Source: Candidatus Eiseniibacteriota bacterium (lineage in GTDB: Bacteria; Eisenbacteria; RBG-16-71-46; CAVPCR01). From it: a stretch of DNA of 64,000 nt. The notes beneath the pieces were generated by a model. The model was given only the letters and a program-made list of their open reading frames with translations, searched no databases and had not been told where the DNA came from. The stretch spans positions 256,001 to 320,000 of the forward strand of contig CAWGMA010000002.1 of assembly GCA_963823555.1 (NCBI GenBank). The letters are read 5' to 3'. Each line of letters begins with the position of its first letter. The first letter of the stretch is position 1. Below, one piece after another: positions 34,967 to 44,819 of the stretch. A program made the translations under genes and the position numbers.

Positions 34967-37900
34967 CTATTCCCCGAGCGCCCGCGCTCGTTCGAGGCCC
35001 AGCCTGGCCCCGGCCTGCTCGAAGAGGCTCATCGCCCGTTCCCGATCGGCGAGCGCAGTGTCGCGGTCCCCTACCAGGAAACGGAGGCGCGAGCGCTCCA
35101 TGAGCGCGCGCGCCAGTTCGAGCCTGGCTTCCATCTTCTCGGTGCAGGCGACCGCAAGATCGAGCGAGCGCGCGGCATCCTCCCAGCGCTCCTCGGCCAT
35201 GGCGATCTTGCCTTCGACTCGTCGCGTGACGCCGATGTAGAAGTCGCTCTCCGCCTCGGTGACGATGGCGAGGGCCTCGGCGACCACGGTCTTGGCTTCC
35301 TCGAGCTTGCCGAGGCCGAGCTTGGTCTCAGCCACCGCCCACCAGCTCAGGAACTTCCCCAGGCCGTTGTCGGTGCCCGCAAAGATCGCGCTCTCCCGGG
35401 CGAACGCCGCCTCCGCCGCGGCCCAGTCCTCCTCCTGCATGTGGACGACGGCAAGGGCCCGGTGCGCCTCGGACTGCATCCAGAGCTGGCCGGTCTCGAC
35501 ACCGATGGCAAGTGCGGTCCCGGCCTCGGCGCGGGCGCTCGCGAACTCGCCGCGCTCGGCGTGATTGAGTACGAGGTGGACGTGGAGAAGCGACGCCACG
35601 CGGCGGTCGCCGACTTCCTCGGCGGCGAGGATCGTCGAACGGGCGAACTCGCGGGAGCGGTCCAGCTCACCACCCAGATGGTGGGCGAACGAAGCAGCGA
35701 AGTCGGCCCAGACGACACGATCGCGGGCTCCCAGTTGCAGACCGATGCGACGGTTCTCTGCCGTGTGGGCGAGGGCCGCGCGCCAGCGACCGAGAATGGC
35801 CGTGTCCTCGGCCATGAACTCGTGGCCGAGAGCGATCGCAAGCGGAGCCTGCTTGCGCTCTCCGAGCTCGATGCAGCGCCGAGCCCAGCGCATGCTCTCC
35901 GCGATCCGCCCCATGTGCTGGTAGGCGCCGGCCAGATAGGCGTAGATCGAGAGCAGCGTGTCGGCATCGTCGATCGGCTCGGCGATGCGTTGGGCCTTGG
36001 TGAGGAGCTCAACGGCCTTGCCGTGCTCCATGCGGTAGTGATGATAACGGCCCATCATGGCGGTGGCGACGGCGATCTCCATGGTCTGGGCGGGGTCGAG
36101 CTCGCGCAGGGCCTCCTCGAGAAAGTCGCGGGCTTGCACCTCGCCGCTCGTGACGTAGGCCTCGCCGATCCGGGCCTTGAGCATGGCGCGGCGCCCGGGA
36201 TCGGTGGCCAGCTCGAGCGCACGCTCGAGCGTCTGGCCGGCCACATGGGCGGTGCCGCGCCGGAGATGGACGGCGGCCATGCCCTCGAGCGCCTCCACCT
36301 GCCCGGCGGGAGAGCCCATCGCATCGGCGCACTCGTGTGCTTGCTCGTAGTACTGGATCGCTTCCTCGTGGGCGAAGAGCTGTTCGGCCTTGCGCGCCGC
36401 GCGCCGCGAATACAGAAGGGCCTTGGCAAGGTCGCCCGCGAGCTGGAAGTGGTGCGCGAGATCCTGCACGTGGGCTTCCGTATCGCGGGCATGCAGCGTC
36501 TCGAGCCCATCGCCGATGCGCTGGTGGAGGCGCCGCCGGCGCACCGGGTTCAGCTCCTCGTAGAGCACCTCCCGGATCTTGTCGTGGGTGAAGATGAAGT
36601 TCTCGCCTCGCTCGGGACGCACGAGCTGGACCGCGGCAGCCTCGTCGAGGGCATCGAGGACCTCGTCCTCGTTGCGGGCCGGCGCGAGCGCCGCGGCCAG
36701 CTCGGGGAAGGCGAAGATCTTGCCGAGAGCGGATGCCGCGTGCAGGACCTCCACGCAGCGATCGTCGAGGTGGCTCAACCGCCGTCCGATCGCCTCCTTG
36801 ACGCTCTGCGGCAATGCCAGCTCGCCGACGTCTCGCCGCTGCCAGTCCCCGTGCTCGCGGTAGATCTGTCCCTGCTCGATGAGCGACTTGACCACTTCCT
36901 CGATGAAGAAGGGGTTCCCCTCGGTCTCCCTGTGCATGGCGGTGGCGAACTCGTCCGACACCCGCTCCTGGCCGAAGAGCGTCGCCAGGAGGAGGCCGGT
37001 CTCGGCGGCCGACAGGCGGCCGAGGGCGATGCGGTGGGCGAGCCGTTCGCGATTCCACTCGACGAGCGCCGTGGCCAGTGGGTGGCTCCGGTCGAGCTCC
37101 ATCTCGCGATAGGCGCCGAGGAAGAGAGCGCGGTCGGCGCGCAGGTGACGAACCAGGTAGTGGAGGAGCGAGAGCGTGCCCTGATCGGCCCAGTGCAGAT
37201 CATCGAGAAAGACGAGCACCCCGCCGTCGCCGGCGCGGTCGCGGAAGAAGCGGGCGACGTGATCGAAGAGACGGAGTCGCTCCTCATTGGGAGAGAGCGC
37301 GGGATTGGCGGGCAGGGGACCGAGCTTGCCCTCGATCTCGGGAGCGAGGCGGGCGAGCTCGGGCGCGAGCGGACCGAGATCGGCGGCCAGCTCATCGCGC
37401 CCGCGGCCCTGCACCCAGGCGCGGAGCATCTCGACGAAGGGCAAGTAGGGGGTGGTGGCCTCGAGCTCGTAGCAACCACCGCGCATGACGAGCGCACCCG
37501 AGAGCTGGGCGCCGACCATGGTCTCGCTCGCGAGCCGCGTCTTCCCGATGCCGGGTTCCCCGGAGAGGAGGACGAGCTGGCTCTGCCCGCGTAGCGCGCG
37601 CCGCCAGTGCTCGCGGAGCGCCTGCACCTCGCGCGCGCGGCCCACCAGCCGGCCGCGCGCCAGCTGGTCGAGGAGGACGGTCGTCGAGGTGGGCTCGGCT
37701 TCGGCTTCCGCTTCGATCGCGCCCGGAGCCGTTGATTCCGGCGCCGCGAGCGCGCGGCCGACGTCCTCGGCGGAGGGGAAGCGATCGCCGGGGCGCTTGG
37801 CGAGGAGGCGCATCACCGTCGCCGCGAACGCCGGCGGCAGCTCGGGCTGGAGACGGCGGAGCGGGGGCGCCGGAGTGTGGATGTGCTGGGTGACGATGAC

Positions 37901-38638
37901 CAGGGGATCGTCGCCGGTGAAGGGCGGCCGGCCGCTCGCGAGCTCGTAGAGCAGTGCCCCGAGCGCGTAGAGATCCGCGCGGCCGTCGACGGGATCGCCA
38001 AGGGCCTGCTCGGGAGCGAGATAGAGCGGTGTGCCGACGATCACGCCGTCCGCGGTGAGGTGCGATCCCGGACCCAGGCGTGCCACGCCGAGGTCGGCGA
38101 GCTTGGTGCTGATCTCGCCGTGTTCCTCGATCACGAGCACGTTCTCGGGCTTCAGGTCCCGGTGCACGATGCCCTGGGCGTGGGCGTGGGCCAGTGCGTC
38201 GCAGAGCTGGAGCCCGATCCGGCGGGTCACCTCGAGCGGTAGCGGCGCGCCGCCGGTCAGCTCCCGCAGGCTCCGGCCCTCCACCAGCTCGAGCACGATG
38301 AAGGGCGTGCCATCGGTCTCACCGGCATCGTGGATGCTCACGATGTGCGGGTGATTGAGCCGTGCCGCGGCGCGCGCCTCACGGAGGAGGCGGGCGCGTC
38401 CCGCGGTCCCGACCCCGGGATCGGCAAGGAGCTTGAGCGCCACGTCGCGGTCGAGAGTCCGATCGTGGGCGCGATAGACGACCCCCATCCCGCCGCGTCC
38501 GAGCACCGAATCCAGCCGGTAGCGGCCGGCGAGAACGGCGCCGACCGCCGGGAGATCGGCGGTGCGAGCTGCGGGAGCCGCCGGTGGCGCCTGGGTGCCG
38601 GCTCTCGTCTCGTGAATGGGATCTTGGTTCGAGCTCAT
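34967..38638 (-). CDS. Ser/Thr protein kinase fused to an AAA/STAND ATPase and TPR repeats
   Basis: LGRGGMGVVY, VALK, HRDLKPEN, DLG, GTPLYLAPEQ; Walker A SGEPGIGKT; Walker B FLDDLHWAD; TEGNPFF; C-terminal helical repeats. Confidence 0.92.
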   Translation of the reverse strand: MSSNQDPIHETRAGTQAPPAAPAARTADLPAVGAVLAGRYRLDSVLGRGGMGVVYRAHDRTLDRDVALKLLADPGVGTAGRARLLREARAAARLNHPHIVSIHDAGETDGTPFIVLELVEGRSLRELTGGAPLPLEVTRRIGLQLCDALAHAHAQGIVHRDLKPENVLVIEEHGEISTKLADLGVARLGPGSHLTADGVIVGTPLYLAPEQALGDPVDGRADLYALGALLYELASGRPPFTGDDPLVIVTQHIHTPAPPLRRLQPELPPAFAATVMRLLAKRPGDRFPSAEDVGRALAAPESTAPGAIEAEAEAEPTSTTVLLDQLARGRLVGRAREVQALREHWRRALRGQSQLVLLSGEPGIGKTRLASETMVGAQLSGALVMRGGCYELEATTPYLPFVEMLRAWVQGRGRDELAADLGPLAPELARLAPEIEGKLGPLPANPALSPNEERLRLFDHVARFFRDRAGDGGVLVFLDDLHWADQGTLSLLHYLVRHLRADRALFLGAYREMELDRSHPLATALVEWNRERLAHRIALGRLSAAETGLLLATLFGQERVSDEFATAMHRETEGNPFFIEEVVKSLIEQGQIYREHGDWQRRDVGELALPQSVKEAIGRRLSHLDDRCVEVLHAASALGKIFAFPELAAALAPARNEDEVLDALDEAAAVQLVRPERGENFIFTHDKIREVLYEELNPVRRRRLHQRIGDGLETLHARDTEAHVQDLAHHFQLAGDLAKALLYSRRAARKAEQLFAHEEAIQYYEQAHECADAMGSPAGQVEALEGMAAVHLRRGTAHVAGQTLERALELATDPGRRAMLKARIGEAYVTSGEVQARDFLEEALRELDPAQTMEIAVATAMMGRYHHYRMEHGKAVELLTKAQRIAEPIDDADTLLSIYAYLAGAYQHMGRIAESMRWARRCIELGERKQAPLAIALGHEFMAEDTAILGRWRAALAHTAENRRIGLQLGARDRVVWADFAASFAHHLGGELDRSREFARSTILAAEEVGDRRVASLLHVHLVLNHAERGEFASARAEAGTALAIGVETGQLWMQSEAHRALAVVHMQEEDWAAAEAAFARESAIFAGTDNGLGKFLSWWAVAETKLGLGKLEEAKTVVAEALAIVTEAESDFYIGVTRRVEGKIAMAEERWEDAARSLDLAVACTEKMEARLELARALMERSRLRFLVGDRDTALADRERAMSLFEQAGARLGLERARALGE

Positions 38639-38729
38639 TCGGGATCCTGATCGGAGACCGGGGGGTGAAAGGATGCGAGGGTGTCGATGATGCGCGAAAC
38701 GCGCGCTCGCGTCCAGCGGCAAGCGTCCG

Positions 38730-39692
38730 CTAGGCGGCGAAGCGAGAGAGGCCCACCTCGCGAGCGTAACCGTAGGCTTCCTCCAGCTCGCTCACGGTCG
38801 GTCTGCGGTTGATCTCCGGATAGTTGCCCGGACCGACCTTGCCCGCGGGGCGGTACTGATCCATGAGGTTCAAGAAGGTCCCGGGTGAGATATCTCTGGC
38901 AAGGAAGCGCAGGATTTCACGAGTCTCCGCCATCAATCCCGGCATGACCAGATGGCGCACGAGCAGGCCGCGCGCGGCGAGGCCCTCGGCCGTGAGGACG
39001 AGATCGCCTACCTGGCGATGCATCTCGCGGAAGGCGGCCCGGGCGGCTGCGGGGTATCCCGGACACTTGAGATAGCGCCGCGCGGCTTCCTCGCTCCACA
39101 GCTTGAAGTCGGGCATGTAGATGTCGACGATGCCGTCGAGCAGGCGAAGGCTCTCGAACGAGTCGAAGCCGCTCGTGTTGTAGACGATGGGGATGCGGAG
39201 CCCGTCGGGGATGGCCAGCTCGAGCGCCTCGAGCACCTGCGGGACCACGTGCTCGGGTGTGACGAGGTTCACGTTGTGGCAACCGGCGAGCTGGAGCTCG
39301 AGCATCATGCGCGCCGTGCGTTCCGGGGGCAGCTCAGCGCCGGCATCGCGCTGGCTGATATCGAAGTTCTGGCAGAAGACGCAGCGCAGGTTGCAGCGGG
39401 CGAAGAAGATGGTGCCGCTGCCACGCCAGCCGCGGAGGCAATCCTCCTCACCGTGGTGTGGGAAGTAGCTCGATACGCGCGCGTGGCGACCGGTGTGGCA
39501 GATGCGCTCCTCCCCGCGGAGCCGATCGATGCCGCAGTCCCAGGGGCAGACGCGGCAGTGGGCCAGGGCCTCGCGCGCGACGGCGACCCGGCGTGCGAGC
39601 TCGCCCGAGCGATGCAGCTCGACATAGTGCGGGATCCGCCCCCGGGCCGGCAGCGCGGACGGCCGCGCGTTCCCTGGCGGGCGGCGGATCAT
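38730..39692 (-). CDS. Radical SAM protein, PflX-like
   Basis: CRVCPWDC, GSGTIFFARCNLRCVFCQN (CxxxCxxC), NLVTPEHVVP, DIYMPDFK, GLLVRHLVMPG. Confidence 0.9.
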   Translation of the reverse strand: MIRRPPGNARPSALPARGRIPHYVELHRSGELARRVAVAREALAHCRVCPWDCGIDRLRGEERICHTGRHARVSSYFPHHGEEDCLRGWRGSGTIFFARCNLRCVFCQNFDISQRDAGAELPPERTARMMLELQLAGCHNVNLVTPEHVVPQVLEALELAIPDGLRIPIVYNTSGFDSFESLRLLDGIVDIYMPDFKLWSEEAARRYLKCPGYPAAARAAFREMHRQVGDLVLTAEGLAARGLLVRHLVMPGLMAETREILRFLARDISPGTFLNLMDQYRPAGKVGPGNYPEINRRPTVSELEEAYGYAREVGLSRFAA

Positions 39693-39720
39693 CGCCGCCA
39701 GACGACGAGAGAGCGACGCA

Positions 39721-41424
39721 TCATCGATCGAGTACGACGAGCCGAGAGGTCTCGCTCATCACGTGCCCGCTGGCGTCGCGGGCATCCACGGTCAGGAAGT
39801 ACACACCCGCGGGAAGCTCCGGGGTCCCCGCCAGCGGCCAGGCGAACTCGTGGCGGGTGGCGCTCCCGCCCGCGACGCGCCTGGCCAAGGGGATCCGCCG
39901 CCCGGCGGCGTTCACCAGCGCGACGCGCTCGAGCGCGAAGGGACGATCGGCAGCGAGGACCAGCCGCGACGAGGTCACGATCGGGTGCGGTCCGAAGGAG
40001 ATGCGGAGCCCCGCGGCCGGAGGCGCGCCGCCGGCCGTACCGATCCCGGCTGCACCACCGGTATTGAGAAAGAGCTCCACCGGGCCGTTCGCCACGCCGA
40101 TGGCGAGATCGAGGAGTCCATCCCCGTTCACGTCGCCGAAGGCGAGCGCGGTACCGCTCGAGGCGGCGTCGTACTGCCAGTCGGCGAGCGTCGGCAGCAC
40201 GCCGCCCGTGTTCAGGTAGATGCGCGCGTGCCCGTTGCCGAAGTTGATGGTCGCGAGGTCCTCGTCGCCATCGTGATCGATGTCCGCCCAGGCCAGGTCC
40301 TGGCAGCCGTGGTACGACTCGCCCGAGGACCACACCGGGAGCGCCCCGAGGATCGTGCCCTCGTTCTCGAAGAGCCAGTCGGGGCCGCCGTTGCCGCCCA
40401 CGGCGAGGTCGGGCATCGCGTCGGCGTTGACCCGCGACCAGCCGATCCCCTTGTCGGTGCGCTCGGGATGCCCGGTCGTCCAGCCGAAACCGGTGTCGAG
40501 CGTCGTGCCCTGGTTCAGGAAGACGCCGGTCTGCCAGTTCACCCACCCCGAGACGGCGAGATCGAGCCGCCCGTCGCCGTTCATGTCGCCCCAGTCGACA
40601 TCGTTGGTGATGCCGATCTGGGCCGAGGACCAGGAGGGCACGGTCTCGAGCCCGGTGCCGAGGTTCCGGAAGAGGTAGGTCGGGCGATACGGATCTACCG
40701 AGTTCCCCTGATTCGCCGTGGCGACATCCACGTCGCCGTCCTGGTCGAAGTCCGCGAGCGCGCAGCCGATCGCCCAGCAGTTGTCGCTCGAGAGCCAGGC
40801 CGATGACGTCGGCAAGAGGCCGTCGAGGCCGAAGAAGACCTGATTCGGCTGCAGCGACTGCCCGCCATTGGCGACGAAGAGGTCGGGATAGGCATCCGCG
40901 TTGATGCGCCCCCAATCGGCATCGGTCGTGTGCCTCTCGTCGATCGAGATCCAGCTCGGCTCGTTCTCGAGCATGCCGCCCACGTTCAGGTAGATGAAAT
41001 TGTAGTAGTCGACGAGCGGCGGGAATTGCTGGGCGTAATAGGTGCCCACGAAGAGATCCTCGTCGCCGTCATGATCTGCATCGCCGAAGACGAGGGTGCC
41101 GACGGCGCGTACCCGCGTCCCGACCCAGTCGGGAACCGCGGGCAGCGGCACCGTGGAGCGGTTGAAGATCTCGCGCGGTTCGTCTTGCACGAAGCCGTCG
41201 GGGGCGAGGGCGGGGTCGTCCCGCTCGGCGGGAGTCGCCGGCCGGCAGGTGCACGGGGCCGAGACGAGACCGTCGGGGGAGACATGGGTGTGCGGTGAGG
41301 CGGTGGCCAGGGTAGCCGCTGCGAGGGCGAAGAGTGTCGTGGCCAGAAGAGCCGCCCCCAGCGGGCGCGACCTGGGGGCCGGATGTCCTTGGCTCCTGAT
41401 GAGTTCACAAGCTGGCTGAGGCAT
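39721..41424 (-). CDS. Secreted FG-GAP/VCBS repeat protein with C-terminal T9SS-like sorting domain
   Basis: Repeated DxDxDGxxDL Ca-binding loops; C-terminal PHPI...NAAGR...LPAGVYFL...RLVVLDR. Confidence 0.87.
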   Translation of the reverse strand: MPQPACELIRSQGHPAPRSRPLGAALLATTLFALAAATLATASPHTHVSPDGLVSAPCTCRPATPAERDDPALAPDGFVQDEPREIFNRSTVPLPAVPDWVGTRVRAVGTLVFGDADHDGDEDLFVGTYYAQQFPPLVDYYNFIYLNVGGMLENEPSWISIDERHTTDADWGRINADAYPDLFVANGGQSLQPNQVFFGLDGLLPTSSAWLSSDNCWAIGCALADFDQDGDVDVATANQGNSVDPYRPTYLFRNLGTGLETVPSWSSAQIGITNDVDWGDMNGDGRLDLAVSGWVNWQTGVFLNQGTTLDTGFGWTTGHPERTDKGIGWSRVNADAMPDLAVGGNGGPDWLFENEGTILGALPVWSSGESYHGCQDLAWADIDHDGDEDLATINFGNGHARIYLNTGGVLPTLADWQYDAASSGTALAFGDVNGDGLLDLAIGVANGPVELFLNTGGAAGIGTAGGAPPAAGLRISFGPHPIVTSSRLVLAADRPFALERVALVNAAGRRIPLARRVAGGSATRHEFAWPLAGTPELPAGVYFLTVDARDASGHVMSETSRLVVLDR

Positions 41425-41735
41425 GACGGGGTCCTCTCCACTGGGCTTGGATGCTTCACGCTGAGGCGCCTCACGATTATCCCACAGCTTGGCCCCTCGT
41501 TGGCGCCGGGATGGCGACCGCCTGGGTGGAATGCCCCATGCTCCAGTCGCTGCTATCAAGGTGTGGGCCGTTCCGGATTCGAGTCAGCATGGGGGCGGAG
41601 CTGACCGAAAACTCACCTTGGAAGCGCGACTTCGCTGCTCCTGGCGGGACCTTGGTCGTCGATCGCGCCGCTTGGGGGCGGAGAAGTCCTATCTTGTCGC
41701 GCCGCGCCGGACGCGCGGCGCCCGCGGAGGACCTC

Positions 41736-43865
41736 GTGAGCTCGCATCCCTCTTCCCACCTCCGATCAAAGAAGAGGATCGGTTTCGTCGAGTTGCCGGA
41801 TCACTCGGTCGACGTGCTGGTTCGCTACAGTCAGAGGCCCGCCTGGCACATCGCGGTTGTGGTCAGCAGGGACTCCGGTTCCGAAGCGGCGCAGATCGCT
41901 GCCAAGCTCGGCATACCGGTGCTCGAGACGCCGCATCGCGCCGCGCTGGCGTCCTGCGATCGCATCGTGGTCGGCAATCAGAACCTGCATCTCTTCGTTT
42001 CGGTCAAGGAGCTCTTGCGCGGCAGCGCGGTGGAGGTGCTGCGCCTGAGTCAGCTTGCCGACTTCATGGAGCGGGAGGAAGTGCCGCGGAGCGGACCTGC
42101 GGAGCCGGCTCCGTCGGCGTCGATGCCCACCGCCGTACCGGATCCGACTGAACCGCCGCCATTGCCCGAGCCGGCGGATGAAGCCGCGGAGCCGGCGGAT
42201 GAAGCCGCGGAGCCGGTGGCAGCCGCGGAGGCGGCGGAACCCGCAAAGCCCAGCGCAGAATCGCTCCCGACCCCGGCCGCCTTCGCGGCGCTCGCACCCA
42301 CTCAGCCTGGCGCCGGAGACCAGAAGGTCGCGGAGGAGCTCTTCCATCCCGCCTCGCTCCTCGGGGGCGACGTCCGTGGTTGCGAGGGCATCGCTCTCGA
42401 TACGCAGCATCCCGCCCTCCTCGAGATCCTCGATCGCGCCATCGAGGTCACTGACGCCAAGACGAGCAGCATCATGCTCGTGGATACCGACGGCGGTCGC
42501 CTGCGCATCGCCAGCGCGCGTGGCATATCGGAGAGCACCGTGAATCGTCTCCGCCAGCGCATCGGAGAGGGCGTGGCGGGTACGGTGTTCGCCACTCACA
42601 ATCCGATGACCGAGCGCGGCCAGTTCCCGAGCCTGGCCGAGGAAGACGGCCGCCCGGTCTACCGGGTCGCGGCCAGCGTTCCGATCACGGCCTCCGGCAA
42701 GCCCATCGGTGTGCTGAGCATCAACGCCGAATCGACCGAGAACCTGCTCGACAAGAAGGTGCTCAATCCGCTCACCCGCCTCGCGCGACGGTTGCCGGGC
42801 ATCATTCTCGCCGCCGTCGACCTGAGCCACCTTCCCGGCCCCGCCCGCTGGGAGGCGCTGAGACTGCAGATCGATCGCTTGATGACGCTCGATCACGCCC
42901 TTCCCGACCGCCTGGGCGCGGTAGGGGAAGCCGTGCGCAAGGCCTTGCATGCGGAGACCGCTCACTTCTTCCTCGTGGATCCGCATCGGCGACGGCTGCA
43001 CTCGGCCCATCCTCCCAAGGGGATGGGGCACCTCGCCGATCGCACGCCCACGATCGACAGCGGGCTCTTCGGCTGGGTGCTGAGGCACGACAAGCCCTGC
43101 GCCTTCGAGCTCACCGATGACAAGAGCGGGGAGACCGTGGTCACGGTCATGTGTCCGCTGGGCGTGGCGCGTGGCCGGAGTCTCCTCGTCCTCGAGAATG
43201 TCCCGCTCGCCGGGGTCACGAAGGACGAAGTTCTCGCGGCTGTGCGCGAGATAGCGGGTCAGGTCGAGGGCATCGTCGACATCGAGGAGGGGGTTGCGGT
43301 CCAGGAGCTCCTCGCCGAGATCAAGATGCGCATCGCCGATGAATCGGAGCACATCAACCGGCAGCCGCCCGAGCGCCGCATGGGCTCGTTCCTCGAACTC
43401 GTGCTCACGATGGTGGCGGCGGAGTCTGCGATCTGGATCCCGGCTGACGGTGGCATGCCGATGGCCACGCAGCCCGACACGCTCGAGGCGGCTCGCGTGC
43501 TGTCCCAGGCCTGGGAGAAGCTCGAGTCCCTCGTCGACTGGGTGCACGAGAAGGGGGCCGAGGCCGAAGGCGCGGTGGCGACCGAGTTCGACAAGCAGGC
43601 GCCGCCGATGCCCGCGCCCTATGTCGGCGTGATCGGTCCGGACGGCGAGAGCGTGCTCATCGTCTTCTTCTCATCGCAAAGGGAAGGGACCGCAGGAGAG
43701 CAACTGCCGGCCCAGGTCCTGTGGCAGATCCTGAACCGGATCTGCGAGCTCATCCCGCCCGGGCTGACCGAGCTCCGGGCGGGTAGCAGCGGCCGTATTG
43801 CAGGCTACGGCACCGGCTGGGCGCAGGTCCGCAATCAAGGTGAACACAACGGCTCGGCCGCCTGA
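41736..43865 (+). CDS. Multi-GAF domain sensory protein
   Basis: GTG start after ggagg; Pro/Ala/Glu linker; GAF motifs SSIMLVD...LRIASARG...GEGVAGTV and SVPI...PIGVLSIN; further degenerate GAF-like segments; no recognisable output domain. Confidence 0.7.
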   Translation: MSSHPSSHLRSKKRIGFVELPDHSVDVLVRYSQRPAWHIAVVVSRDSGSEAAQIAAKLGIPVLETPHRAALASCDRIVVGNQNLHLFVSVKELLRGSAVEVLRLSQLADFMEREEVPRSGPAEPAPSASMPTAVPDPTEPPPLPEPADEAAEPADEAAEPVAAAEAAEPAKPSAESLPTPAAFAALAPTQPGAGDQKVAEELFHPASLLGGDVRGCEGIALDTQHPALLEILDRAIEVTDAKTSSIMLVDTDGGRLRIASARGISESTVNRLRQRIGEGVAGTVFATHNPMTERGQFPSLAEEDGRPVYRVAASVPITASGKPIGVLSINAESTENLLDKKVLNPLTRLARRLPGIILAAVDLSHLPGPARWEALRLQIDRLMTLDHALPDRLGAVGEAVRKALHAETAHFFLVDPHRRRLHSAHPPKGMGHLADRTPTIDSGLFGWVLRHDKPCAFELTDDKSGETVVTVMCPLGVARGRSLLVLENVPLAGVTKDEVLAAVREIAGQVEGIVDIEEGVAVQELLAEIKMRIADESEHINRQPPERRMGSFLELVLTMVAAESAIWIPADGGMPMATQPDTLEAARVLSQAWEKLESLVDWVHEKGAEAEGAVATEFDKQAPPMPAPYVGVIGPDGESVLIVFFSSQREGTAGEQLPAQVLWQILNRICELIPPGLTELRAGSSGRIAGYGTGWAQVRNQGEHNGSAA

Positions 43866-43876
43866 CCGGAGGTGAG

Positions 43877-44797
43877 ATGCGTCTAGTCGCCTGCCGGGAA
43901 TGCCACACGCAGTACGACGCGAGCCAGGTCGCCGAGGAGCGCATTCGCTGTCACTGCGGCGCCTCGATCGAGAATCGGGCCCCGGAAGCGGTTGATGTCC
44001 CCGTGCAGCGCTGCTCCGCGTGTGGCGCCGCGCTCGCTCCGGACAGCGAGCACTGCGGCTACTGCGATTCAGCGATCGAACGCGAGCCGGGGAAGCTGAG
44101 CCTCATCTGCCCGGAATGTTTCGCGCGCAACCGCGAGAGTTCGCGCTTCTGTGGCGGGTGTGGGGTGGCGTTCCGCCCGCAACCGCTCCTGGTGCCCGGG
44201 GAGAAGCTCAGGTGTCCGGCCTGCGAGCGCGAGATGCAGCCGCGGGCGATCAACGGGATCGGAGTCTCCGAGTGCCTGGTCTGCCACGGCCTCTGGGTGC
44301 CGGGCGAGAGCTTCGATGCGCTTCTCGAGCAGGCGATCGCCGGCTGGCGCGCCCAGGCGGCGCCCGCCCGCCCTCTGGCCGGTCGCCTGCGCCGGCGGGC
44401 GGCGCTTCCCGACAAGCTTGTCTACCGCCGCTGCCCGCGCTGCGCCTCGCCGATGACGCGGAAGAACTTCGGGCGGGCGTCCGGAGTGATCGTCGACTGG
44501 TGCGGTGAGCATGGGACCTGGCTCGATGCCGACGAGCTCGAGGCGATCGCGGACTTCATCCTGAGCGGACGAGGTGCGGCGGCGGCCGGCGGTGCGGCGG
44601 CGGTGTCGACGCTCCGCTTCCCGAGCGCCGAGACGGTGCGGGCGCGCACCGAGGCCGAGCGCCTGCAGGCGGACGAGAAGGCGAAGAGTCGGGAGCGGTT
44701 GGAGCGAATCTTCGGCCGGCACGCCGAGTCCGAATTCAGTTTCACGGTCGGAGATCTTTTCGAAGCGATCTTCAAGATCGGTGGGTTCCCCAGGTAA
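43877..44797 (+). CDS. Multi-zinc-ribbon protein (double zinc ribbon plus TFIIB-type fingers)
   Basis: CREC/CHC, CSAC/CGYC, CPEC/CGGC, CPAC/CLVC(HGLW), CPRC/C..HGTWLDADEL. Confidence 0.85.
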   Translation: MRLVACRECHTQYDASQVAEERIRCHCGASIENRAPEAVDVPVQRCSACGAALAPDSEHCGYCDSAIEREPGKLSLICPECFARNRESSRFCGGCGVAFRPQPLLVPGEKLRCPACEREMQPRAINGIGVSECLVCHGLWVPGESFDALLEQAIAGWRAQAAPARPLAGRLRRRAALPDKLVYRRCPRCASPMTRKNFGRASGVIVDWCGEHGTWLDADELEAIADFILSGRGAAAAGGAAAVSTLRFPSAETVRARTEAERLQADEKAKSRERLERIFGRHAESEFSFTVGDLFEAIFKIGGFPR

Positions 44798-44819
44798 CCG
44801 GGATCGAGGAGGCACTGGC

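Noticed and set aside
42168..42215. 21-bp tandem duplication in the GAF gene
   Set aside because: In-frame EPADEAA linker expansion; ordinary low-complexity coding sequence.
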